Positions 53,200 through 62,134 of a DNA stretch of 64,000 nt are shown piece by piece. Under the pieces are notes generated by a model. The model did no database searches, was not told where the DNA came from, and saw only the letters and a list, made by a program, of their open reading frames with translations. The DNA is from an uncultured delta proteobacterium. GTDB taxonomy: Bacteria > Desulfobacterota > Binatia > UBA9968. Position numbers and translations under genes: made by a program. The DNA is taken from assembly GCA_963840855.1 (NCBI GenBank), contig CAWJBB010000085.1, forward strand, positions 64,001 to 128,000, written 5' to 3'. Each line of letters begins with the position of its first letter. The first letter of the stretch is position 1.

Positions 53200-53445
53200 C
53201 TCGCTGAGTGCTCGGTTGCATGCTCCGCCGGACTAGGAATGATTTTACCCCGCAACTTCGCGTTCGGCGCCAGCACGCCATGGAAGCGGCCTGCCCTGAG
53301 CCTGTCGAACGGGATCAGATGTAAGCGCGGACGGGGCACCAGCGCGGCCAGGCGCTGCATGAACTCCAGCGGGGACATGACAACATGGGTGGTGCCGTCC
53401 TTGAACGCGCTCTTCAGTTGCAACGCCACTTGGCCGGCGCAACTG
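53200..53445 (-). pseudogene. IS91/ISCR-family transposase internal fragment
   Basis: LQLKSAFKDGTTHVVMSPLEFMQRLAALVPRPRLHL..RFHGVLAPNAKLR. Confidence 0.85.
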
Positions 53446-53708
53446 CGCTTGTCGCCCCGTTAGCTGATCGGTGGTGCGATGGCGATCTCTCACGCCGAAT
53501 TCGTTTCATTCATTTGCAGGTTATCCTCTCGTTGTCGCTTACGTTTTGCCTCTGACTCCGACCCCGCTTCGCGGATCGCCGTGATAATCAAGTAAAAATC
53601 GCCCGCGGAGTTTGAGCCCCGCGCGCGCCCCAAGGGGATGCTCGCCCCCTTTCGGTCATACTTTCGTGGATTCTGTTTTTGGAAGAGTGGGCCCGGCGGG
53701 TTTTTGCG

Positions 53709-54833
53709 CTAGCCCCGCAACAGATTCTTCAGCAACAGTCGGACTTTTTCTTTGGTCGTGTTGGTAAACTCCCAGTCGTAGGTATCGAAGTATTTCACTC
53801 CTGGACGGGGGATGACTTCTGCTGGCAAGAACGACTCGTCGACATCATTGCGCGTGGTGGCGTGGAGCTGCGCGCGCGAAAATACTTCGGCGCCTTCCCT
53901 GGACGCGAGCCAGTTGAGAAACAGCCGCGCCGCGTTGGGATGAGGCGCGCGATTGGCGAGGGCGAGCAACCCCGACGCCGCGCCGAGCGTGTCCATCAGG
54001 TCCGGCAGCACCGGCTTGACGATCGGGAAGCCTTCTTTGCGCAGCCGCTCCACTTCGTCGCCGCGGGCGCCGAAGGAGATCGGATAGGTGCCGCGCGCCA
54101 GCCAGTCTTCCATTTGCCGCTTGTCGCGGCTAAACACCGGATTCTGATCGACTAGAAGATTTTTCACGAACTCCTCGCCGAATTGCACATAGAGCGCCGC
54201 GGCGGTGTTGCTGCCGGTGCCGGCGTCGGTGGGGTCGAACACGGAAATTTTGCCGCGCCATTTGGGCTTGAGCAGATCGCGCACCGATTTGATTTCGGCG
54301 AGGGGCACGAAACGAGTATTGATGAAAAATATGGAACTGGCGCTGTTGAACAAGCGCAAAACATATTGTTCCTCAGGATCGATGAACCAAAGCTTGCCGC
54401 CCTTCCATTTGGAGCGGTCGACCACTTCAGGCAGGATCAGCACAGGCTTAAGTGGGTCGATGAGTTTCTCTTTGTAAAACGCTCCCGACATGCTTTGCAC
54501 ACCGGCGGTGATCGCGTCGACGGAGTAAATCCCGGAGGCGCGTTCGAATTGCAGTTTGGTCGCCATGTCGCTGCTCCGGCCGGCAAGATATTCCACGCGA
54601 ATGCCGAAGCGGGCGGAAAATTTCTCGGGAATATGCTTGCGCATGAGCGGATCGGGCGCGCCGGCAAAAACGATTTTGCCTTCCTGCTTGGCCGCCGCCA
54701 CCAGCTGATTCCACTTCGTCTCCCAACCCGGCTCCTGCGACCAGGTGTGTTGGGTGGTCGACAAGAGCGTCGAGCAAAAGACCAATGCCGGCAGCAGCAT
54801 GAGAGTGAGCGAATTGTGCCGTCGGTTCGTCAT
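53709..54833 (-). CDS. ABC transporter substrate-binding protein (iron-type)
   Basis: Signal peptide, AAKQEG, DLLKPKWRGK, APHPNAARLFLNW; similar to 14072..15235. Confidence 0.88.
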   Translation of the reverse strand: MTNRRHNSLTLMLLPALVFCSTLLSTTQHTWSQEPGWETKWNQLVAAAKQEGKIVFAGAPDPLMRKHIPEKFSARFGIRVEYLAGRSSDMATKLQFERASGIYSVDAITAGVQSMSGAFYKEKLIDPLKPVLILPEVVDRSKWKGGKLWFIDPEEQYVLRLFNSASSIFFINTRFVPLAEIKSVRDLLKPKWRGKISVFDPTDAGTGSNTAAALYVQFGEEFVKNLLVDQNPVFSRDKRQMEDWLARGTYPISFGARGDEVERLRKEGFPIVKPVLPDLMDTLGAASGLLALANRAPHPNAARLFLNWLASREGAEVFSRAQLHATTRNDVDESFLPAEVIPRPGVKYFDTYDWEFTNTTKEKVRLLLKNLLRG

Positions 54834-54847
54834 TTCCACTCCTTTTA

Positions 54848-55520
54848 TGTAGAGGAAATTTAAACCACCTTTTTTCTGCCCGGAGCTATATCGCTGAACT
54901 GGCGAGCCTGTCAATCGTCGGAAAATCCCAATGTTGCTTCGGCTGGCTCGGAGGGCGCAGCGGTCGCAGGGGCGCGAAGTGTTCCAGATCGCGCCGCTCG
55001 CTCGCACTTAGGCGAAGCACCATCGTCGGCTAGCGTTGACAACCGGTTTGGGCGCCTCAGATTGTCTGAAATAGATCGAATCGCTGCGCTGGCGCGCGCG
55101 GCGGGGCGCGGGTGGGCAGGCCCAGATGGCTGAGAATTTTGACGATCACCGGCGGATCTTCGATGGCCTGCCCTGAGCCTCGTCGAAGGGGCGGCGATGA
55201 TCTTTAAACTGCCGCCGCAGTTCGGGCAGTGGTCGATGTCGAAGACCCGTTTGAGTAGCCTGGCCCAACTCATACGCGCCGGCGCACTGTGGGCGTTGGC
55301 GTGATCGCATGCGGGCTCGCTTACTTGCTCTGGCGGACTGGGAATGATTTCACTGCGCAACTTCGCGTTGGGCGCCACCACGCCATGGAAGCGGCCTGCC
55401 CTGAGCCTGTCGAACGGGATCAGATGTAAGCGCGGGCGGGGCACCAGCGCGGCCAGCCGCTGCATGAATTCCAGCGGCGCCATGACGATATGGGTGGTGC
55501 CGTCTGGTATGCGCTCTTCA
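54848..55520 (-). mobile_element. ISCR/IS91 3' remnant with oriIS-like end
   Basis: PLEFMQRLAALVPRPRLHL...SWARLLKRVFDID.CPNCGG; minus-strand GGTGGTTTAAATTTCCTCTAC at about 54849-54869 resembles the ISCR oriIS terminus. Confidence 0.8.
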
Positions 55521-55606
55521 GTTGCAACACGACTCGCCGGCGCGGGTTACGCTTGGGCCGTTCATTGGCGATCGCCGGGCGGTCGCAAGCATAACGTTAA
55601 TCATGT

Positions 55607-55674
55607 AATAGAATTGGATTCTCCAACTCTTCCGTAAGGCGCGAGACCGCATTGAGGCGTCGATCAGTTCAATC
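55607..55674 (+). repeat. 66-bp four-arm element, diverged full copy (68 bp)
   Basis: AATAGAATTGGA-TTCTCC-(32 nt)-GCGTCG-ATCAGTTCAATC. Confidence 0.75.
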
Positions 55675-55927
55675 CTACGGCAATAACAGAACTTGACTCT
55701 GGCCTTGCAGTCGAAATAGGCTGCGGGCCGATAGTGGGATAGGCCGCCATGCTGCGCGGCTTTTGACGGTCAGGAATATTCTCAATGCGTTGGAATAGTG
55801 GATGATGTTAAGAGCAATTTATTGTTTTATGAGCAAGTCGCGTTCGGAGCGTTTGTCGGTCTCCTACGACAGCTCACTCAATAGTTAGCCGTCACAAAGA
55901 CGGTATCGCGTCGCTGCGGAGGTCACG

Positions 55928-56332
55928 ATGAAAGTCCAAGGGTCATGCCATTGTGGTCAAGTCACCTACGAGGCGGAGGTCGATCCAGAGAAAGTAAGCC
56001 TGTGTAACTGCGCAGATTGTCAAATGCTCACGGGATCTGCGTTCCGCGTGTCGGTCCCTGCGCCCGCGGCCACGTTTCAATTGTTGACGGGTCAGCCAAA
56101 GGTCTACGTCAAGACCGCGGACAGTGGAACGAAGCGTAGGCACTCGTTCTGCTCAAACTGTGGCACACCCGTCTCTGCAAGCGCGGACACAGAAGCTCCA
56201 CCGAGCTATTCCTTGCGAGTGGGTTGCCTGAAGCAACGAGCGCAGTTGCCGCCGAGGAGGCGCATATGGTGCAAGTCAGCGTTGGACTGGGCGCAGAATG
56301 TAAGCGGTGTGCCAGGCATCGAGGTCCAATGA
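55928..56332 (+). CDS. GFA (glutathione-dependent formaldehyde-activating) family protein, cassette-like
   Basis: GSCHCG, CNCADCQ, FCSNCGT; RBS GGAGG; GTTAGCC at 55884. Confidence 0.9.
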   Translation: MKVQGSCHCGQVTYEAEVDPEKVSLCNCADCQMLTGSAFRVSVPAPAATFQLLTGQPKVYVKTADSGTKRRHSFCSNCGTPVSASADTEAPPSYSLRVGCLKQRAQLPPRRRIWCKSALDWAQNVSGVPGIEVQ

Positions 56333-56342
56333 AAGGTGGGCC

Positions 56343-56393
56343 GCGTAACTCCTTCATCGAGAGGACGCGTCCCTCATGTCGAACGGTTAGCGC
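56343..56393 (+). other. Shortened attC-like site
   Basis: GCGTAAC-tccttcatcgagaggac...ctcatgtcgaacg-GTTAGCGC just after the GFA stop codon. Confidence 0.6.
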
Positions 56394-56396
56394 TCA

Positions 56397-56426
56397 AATT
56401 GAATTGATTTCTCCGACGATTGGATC
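56397..56426 (+). repeat. 66-bp element, left half
   Basis: AATTGAATTGAT-TTCTCC-GACGATTGGATC. Confidence 0.8.
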
Positions 56427-56460
56427 CCAACGACAAATAACATTGCGGAGGTGATCTAGA

Positions 56461-57597
56461 ATGAATGCTCGCCTTTTCGGACGCGCCGTTTTTTTCTTTG
56501 CATTAGTGTCTTTGACAATTTTGCGATCGCTCTACCCTGCCTCTGGTAACCCGGAGTTGGAAAAGGCCAAGACCAACGCTCAAAATTTGGGTTACAATTT
56601 TATCGGCAGTCACAATGAAATTCTGGCCGGTGCCAAACGTGAAGGAAAACTGCGCGTCCTCAATACGCTTGATGCCGAAACAACAAACCAGCTTATCAAA
56701 GCATTCAGAGAAAAGTACCCATTCATCAGCGTCGAGGGCCAGGAAGTTGCAGGTACGGAGGGAGCGCAGCGTTTCCTGCTCGAGCTGCAAGCCGGGCAAA
56801 CAAAGGACTGGGACATTTTTCATCTGCCCCGCGATTTCTTCAGCAAGTTCACCCCGCACGCAAGGAAAATTGACATCTTTGGCATGGCTCAGCAGGGCAT
56901 TCTCGCGATTCCCGTCAAGATGATCGATCCAAAAAATCGAAACATTATGGCTCCCGCTAGCGCCATTCAGGCGGTCGCTTATAACAAGACGCTAATCTCA
57001 GCGGAAAAAGTACCCAACACCTGGGAGGACTTTCTAAAGCCTGAATTTAAGGGAAGGAAATTCATGATGGACATTCGACCCCATGGATTCGGCTCCATGG
57101 CGGCCGGCCTTGGGATAGAGTGGGTGCAGAATTACGCCCGCAAGCTAAAGGAGCAAGAGCCTATCTGGGTCCGCGGCTACTCGCGAACGCTGATAGCGAT
57201 CGCGGCGGGCGAATACGCTCTTCATCAGCAGGCGAATTTTCATTCTTGCATGCAGATTGCGGAAAAGGACCCAACCCGATCCATCGCCTGCAAGGTGGTC
57301 GAGCCAATCCCTGTTCGCCTCAGCGAAGAAGAGGGAATTCTTTAGAATGCGCCGCGCCCGCACGCCGCTCTTCTATGGCTCGAGTTTCAGGCGAGCCCAG
57401 CCGGGCAGAAAATCATCGACAAATACGAGCCTTTGAAATCTTCCATCTATGCGCCGGGCTCGGAGTTGGAAAAAATAACCAGAGGGAAAAAACTTCTGGT
57501 CGGCGATTGGAGCGTCTATGAAAACATCGACCGCTGGGTGGAGATGACGGTCGAAGCCTTCGGTTTCCCCAGGGCAGAGTCGTTAAAAACGCGGTAG
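56461..57597 (+). pseudogene. Iron-type ABC substrate-binding protein with an in-frame TAG at 57343-57345
   Basis: GAKREGKL, WEDFLKPEFKG; same frame continues NAPRPHAALLWLEF...AFGFP after the stop. Confidence 0.75.
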
Positions 57598-57684
57598 TTG
57601 GATGACAGCGACGCCTAATTGATCGAATGTTTTTCCCACAAATTCCACAGCGCGACGGACAGATCAAACGGCTTATCAAGGCGG

Positions 57685-57825
57685 AAATGAAGCTCCCCGC
57701 AGCAAGCTGCGGGGTATCCTGCGAAATTCCCCGAAGCCGCTACCCTCCTTCGCCAAGGCTACGGAGGGTTCTCCTCACCTTCATCCTCGCAGCAAGCTGC
57801 GAGGTATTCGGCGAAGGAGAATAAA
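57685..57825 (+). mobile_element. About 140-bp non-autonomous palindromic element (IS200/IS605-like MITE), copy 2
   Basis: AAATGAAGCTCCCCGCAGCAAGCTGCGGGG...CCTCGCAGCAAGCTGCGAGG..GGAGAATAAA; inverted match to 16557-16700. Confidence 0.75.
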
Positions 57826-57885
57826 ACTAATCCTGCTGGCTTCGAACAATAATGAAGAGGTTCAGGATAATTGCCGGCAGAAATG

Positions 57886-59129
57886 CTATTCGCAAGACGT
57901 GGCGGGAAGCAGCCGCTGCACTGCCACGCAAGCGTCCACGTGACGGATCAACCCTTCCGTTTCTCCGCCCTTCCTAGTCGCTGCGCGGCCTGTGGAGAGG
58001 AGCAGATCCATGACCTGGCGCGGCGTCAGTTGTGGGTTTTTCTCGAGCAGCAGCGCGACAATCCCGGAAACATGCGCTGTGGCAAAGGAACTTCCGGAGA
58101 GGAAGTCGTATGCGCGCCGAGGGATCGTCGTGATGATATTCACGCCAGGCGCGGCCAGGAAACCTTGATGCTTGCCTGCGGCTGTGCGCACGCTGCCCTC
58201 CGAATCGCTTGCCACGACGGCGATTACATTGGGTAGGCTGCTGGGGAAACTCGATGCAGGGTCGCTATTCTCCATCACGGCGGCGACGACTGTGATGTTT
58301 TGTTCCTCTACAGCCTTTGTAATGAGCCGCCGAAGAAGAAGATCAGAAGGTCCGGACAAACTAAGATTCAAAACCCGTACGCGCTCGACGATGGCAAAGT
58401 CGATAGCTTTCGCGAGCGTCCAGCTGCTGCACCACGCCTCTGTGCTTCCGGGCCCGCGATGCCAGCACGCTTTTACCGCCATAAGCTCAGCGTCAGGAGC
58501 GACTCCATAAATACCCACTCCGTTATCCGCCTGGGCACCGATCACACCCGCGACTGCGGTGCCATGCTGATCGGCCGTAAACGTCTTGTCGCCTCCTTCA
58601 ACAAAGTTCATCGTCTGGGCAATTCTGCCGGTGAGGTCCGGGTGATTGGTGTCCACGCCCGTGTCAACAATAGCCACGCGGACACCCCGCCCGGTTACCC
58701 AACCGTGAGCGCGATCGGCGCGGATGACACGAAGCCATATTGAAAGCGCGCATAGGGGTCGCCGGCGGATGCCCGAAGCCCTTGGAAAAATTGATTCAGC
58801 TGGACCGTCTCCACGCGCGGGTCAGCCGCTAACTGCGCCAGCGCGTCATCAAGCGGACGCGTTGCGGCAACCTGAAAGACGACACATTGCACCCCGATTG
58901 ACGTGAGCGGAAACGCGCCGACCTGATCCAGGCCATAATCAGCGGAAAGCTCCTTGGCCAGGACTGCCCAGACCTCGGGTGTGGCCGGAGCAAGCGTGAC
59001 GATCAACTGCCGGGCCTGTAGCTGCCGGGGAACCGCCTCGCTGTCCGATCCCGGTTTTTCTGTGGGAGCGAGACTGCCGCAGGAGGGGGTCAGTAAGCCA
59101 AGCACAAACAGGAAGATCAGTAGCGGCAT
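57886..59129 (-). CDS. S8 (subtilisin-like) serine peptidase, probable lipoprotein, frameshifted near 58730
   Basis: IVDTGVD, HGTAVAG, SGSSFATAHVSG catalytic motifs; signal and prodomain in ORF 58695..59129. Confidence 0.85.
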
Positions 59130-59840
59130 TTATGGTTCCTTCGGTTCCGCTAAACGAATTTTGGGGTGCGCGCGCAATACTGCCAGTATATCGCGGATTC
59201 GTTCCGCGTCGGAATCTCCGGCAGCTATTCCTAAGGTGTAAACAGCGATTGGTGACGGACCTGATACAATCCTGCCTCCTATGCTGTCAAGCAACGTTCT
59301 CATCTCGCGTTCGGTGATATCCTCGGCGAAAATCACCTGGATGTGACTCTTCCCTGGCTCAGAGATGGCGCCCGCATCGGACAGCGTGCGATAGAGCGGC
59401 CCAGGCGACGCAGAAAGCTGTAATACAACAGCTCCAGCCAGCAGCACAATCACCGCGGCCTGAGCTGCCAGCGCCCACCGAATCCGAGACGGCGTCTCTT
59501 CAAATGTTAGCCGTATTTTGCGGACCCATTCACGGATAGAATGCCGCCGGTGCTCAGGCCTCGACCCATCCGTAGACTCGATTCGCGCCATCATCCGGGC
59601 TACGCGTTCTTGTGATGGGTTCAGGTCGGCCATATCCGCAGACCGGACAACAGCAGCAATGGTCCGGCAGCGCGCAATCTCCTGCGCGCATGTCGGACAC
59701 TCGGCGATATGCTGCGCGACCCGCTCGCGTTCGTCATTCTCCAAGGTGTCATTGACATACCAGGGAATCAGCTCGGAAATCGCCTGATGCGGATCGCCTT
59801 CCAACCGGTTATCGTGCTTTGACATTGCTATGTTCCTCAA
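59130..59840 (-). CDS. Zinc-finger (zf-HC2) transmembrane anti-sigma factor
   Basis: LIPWYVN.TL, HIAECPTC, one transmembrane helix, YRTLS. Confidence 0.85.
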   Translation of the reverse strand: MRNIAMSKHDNRLEGDPHQAISELIPWYVNDTLENDERERVAQHIAECPTCAQEIARCRTIAAVVRSADMADLNPSQERVARMMARIESTDGSRPEHRRHSIREWVRKIRLTFEETPSRIRWALAAQAAVIVLLAGAVVLQLSASPGPLYRTLSDAGAISEPGKSHIQVIFAEDITEREMRTLLDSIGGRIVSGPSPIAVYTLGIAAGDSDAERIRDILAVLRAHPKIRLAEPKEP

Positions 59841-60409
59841 ATGAGCGGTGTTTCCCTATTTAAAACCCCCTCGAGCCTCTGGCGCGCATGGAACATTCTC
59901 GTTTTGACCGTGTTCACCGGACAATCGAGAATTTCTGCGATTTCTGCATAGGATCGGCCATGATAAAAAGTGAGTTCCACAACCGCTCGCTGCTCGGCTG
60001 AAAGAGTGTCTAATGCCTGGCGTATCCTGTCAGTCAATTCCCGCTCCGCAATAATGACTTCCGGGCTATGGGTCTCGATTCCGCCGTGATCGGACTCTTG
60101 AAATTCGGCGTCCGAAGTTGAAATCCGCGCCCGCCCCTTCAAAGCTTTATAGTGAGCGATCCCGAGAATCCAGGTCGAAAGCTGCGAGGTACCATTGTAG
60201 CGTTCCGCCGTCTCCCATACGACCATCATCACGTCATCTAATGCCTCCTCAACGATCTCTCGCTGCCTAATTTGGCTGGAGAGATAGCGAAAAACGCGAG
60301 GCGCATAGCGCCGGTAAAGAGTCTCAAACGCCTGCCGGTCGCGCGCAGCAACACGATGGATAAGTTCTCGCTCGGTCAGGCGATCTTCTGCAGCATCCGG
60401 ATTTCGCAT
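59837..60409 (-). CDS. ECF RNA polymerase sigma factor
   Basis: AFETLYRRY, STWILGIA, SYAEIAEILDCPVNTVKTRMFHAR. Confidence 0.92.
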   Translation of the reverse strand: MRNPDAAEDRLTERELIHRVAARDRQAFETLYRRYAPRVFRYLSSQIRQREIVEEALDDVMMVVWETAERYNGTSQLSTWILGIAHYKALKGRARISTSDAEFQESDHGGIETHSPEVIIAERELTDRIRQALDTLSAEQRAVVELTFYHGRSYAEIAEILDCPVNTVKTRMFHARQRLEGVLNRETPLI

Positions 60410-60909
60410 AAGAACTTGATCAACGGAGCCTGAACGGTCGGCGCATTCCCGTCCCGGACATATATCGTAAACAGCGGCGCCAGCGGGCGCAAGCGGGATC
60501 TTGCCCGCTGCATTGTCTGTGCCGCGGCCTCGATCTTTCGCTTCAGCTGCCGCATGCATTTTCGTACTGCTTCCCTTTGAATCCGTCCGTATATCCCCGT
60601 AACCGGCCAAAAGGTTCAATGGCAAGGATCTCTTAGCCGCTGCAGAAGAAGTCAATGCGAAGCGACGTCGTATAACCGCAGCGGCGCTTCAGGCGGATTT
60701 GAACTTTTTTTGGATGCAGCAGGACTCACCGCGCAGAGTGTGAAAATTACAGATCGCGATGAGAAATCATCCCTATAAGAGCGCAGCAAGCGCATTGGAG
60801 GTAACTATGTCCAGCACAAATGAATAGATCATAAGACTTTTCTTCAGTCACCGAAGGGTGCGCCATGCGCATAAATCCAACTTATTCACAATTCAGAAAA
60901 AAGAGGAGA

Positions 60910-61812
60910 ATGCTAATGAAAAGATACACGCGTTCGATACGTACAGTCGCCTTTGCATTGCTGTCAGTGATCGTCCTAGTCCCGGTTCGCGAAGCTGCAG
61001 AGGCACAAGACACAGGAAGAAAAGAATTGGTCCCGCCGGCTGTATTCCAGGCAGCTGGAGCCGACATAGCGTCAATTCAGAGCTCAGTCGATGCGTTCCG
61101 TGTCGCTCTGGGCGAACCCAATAACATGAATGAGCTGGGGCCGCTCCCAGTGGGTCGGCGCGAGATCAACTGGGACGGAGGCGGTAACGTCGACATTACC
61201 ACAGGGCCGGTAACGCCGTTCGACGTGTTTCTCAACACGCGCGGTGCCCAGTTCAGCACGCCGGGTTTGGGCCTTTCACAGGCTCCGCCTGCTGGCGGCC
61301 CCCAAGGCGGTCTTGCAACACTGTTCAACAATCCGACCTACGGCGCCATCTTCAGCGCGTTTAGCCCTTTGCGCCTTTTCACTCCGGTAGGCAGCAACGT
61401 CACCGAAGCGGTGTTCTTTGTGCCCGGCTTCAATGGAGTTTTTGCGGCAACGGTCCGTGGTTTCGGCGCTGTGTTCACAGACGTAGACGAGCCGGATGGG
61501 CTTGGGCCTAAAAAGAGGCGCGGGAGTCCTGGTGGAGCCAGCACACGGATGGAGTACTTCGACGAAGACGGCAAACTGATCTTCAGCAGTTTCGTCCCGG
61601 CTTCGCCGGGCGACGGGAGCCTTTCCTTTTTCGGTATAGTGTTTGAGGACGCGCTTATCGCGCGTGTCCGAATCACCACCGGCACGGAGGCCCCCGGGCC
61701 GGATGATGATGGAACGCGAGACATCGTCATGATGGATGATTTCATCTACGGCGAGCCGCAACCATTGACTATACAGCGCAGCGTCGCCCGTGCAGAACCA
61801 ACGCAGCCGTGA
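60910..61812 (+). CDS. Secreted hypothetical protein
   Basis: RBS GAGGAG, signal peptide, VDAFR.ALG..N, RREINWDG, GFGAVFTDVD, MDDFIYGEP. Confidence 0.7.
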   Translation: MLMKRYTRSIRTVAFALLSVIVLVPVREAAEAQDTGRKELVPPAVFQAAGADIASIQSSVDAFRVALGEPNNMNELGPLPVGRREINWDGGGNVDITTGPVTPFDVFLNTRGAQFSTPGLGLSQAPPAGGPQGGLATLFNNPTYGAIFSAFSPLRLFTPVGSNVTEAVFFVPGFNGVFAATVRGFGAVFTDVDEPDGLGPKKRRGSPGGASTRMEYFDEDGKLIFSSFVPASPGDGSLSFFGIVFEDALIARVRITTGTEAPGPDDDGTRDIVMMDDFIYGEPQPLTIQRSVARAEPTQP

Positions 61813-62134
61813 GCGTTCTTGGCGGATCAGGGTCATTGTGATGGTTTGAGAACAATGGCCCTGATCGCCAACTCTGCAGAAATGGTTCACTCCCAGCGGT
61901 CGGGGTACTCGTGGCTTTGTTCTTGCTCACGCGGTCACATGACACCACTACGCGGGAGCGACGCTTTTTCGATTAACGAGTTGTCCATCGTCGAATTTAT
62001 TGAGATCGTAGCGATACGTATCTATCGTAATCCTCGTATTAGTCAGCAAACATTTGACCCCTTATCCTCAGGGCGGATGTTGTGCATCCTGACTATGCAA
62101 TCGTGAGAGCGCAAAAATCCCAGGGAGGGAGAGC

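Noticed and set aside
57343-57345. In-frame TAG as pyrrolysine or programmed readthrough
   Set aside because: Non-catalytic position in a binding protein and no pyl genes seen; a nonsense mutation or base error is simpler.
60807-60827. Mini-ORF MSSTNE with a GGAGG RBS as a leader peptide
   Set aside because: No attenuator structure or informative codons; insufficient support.
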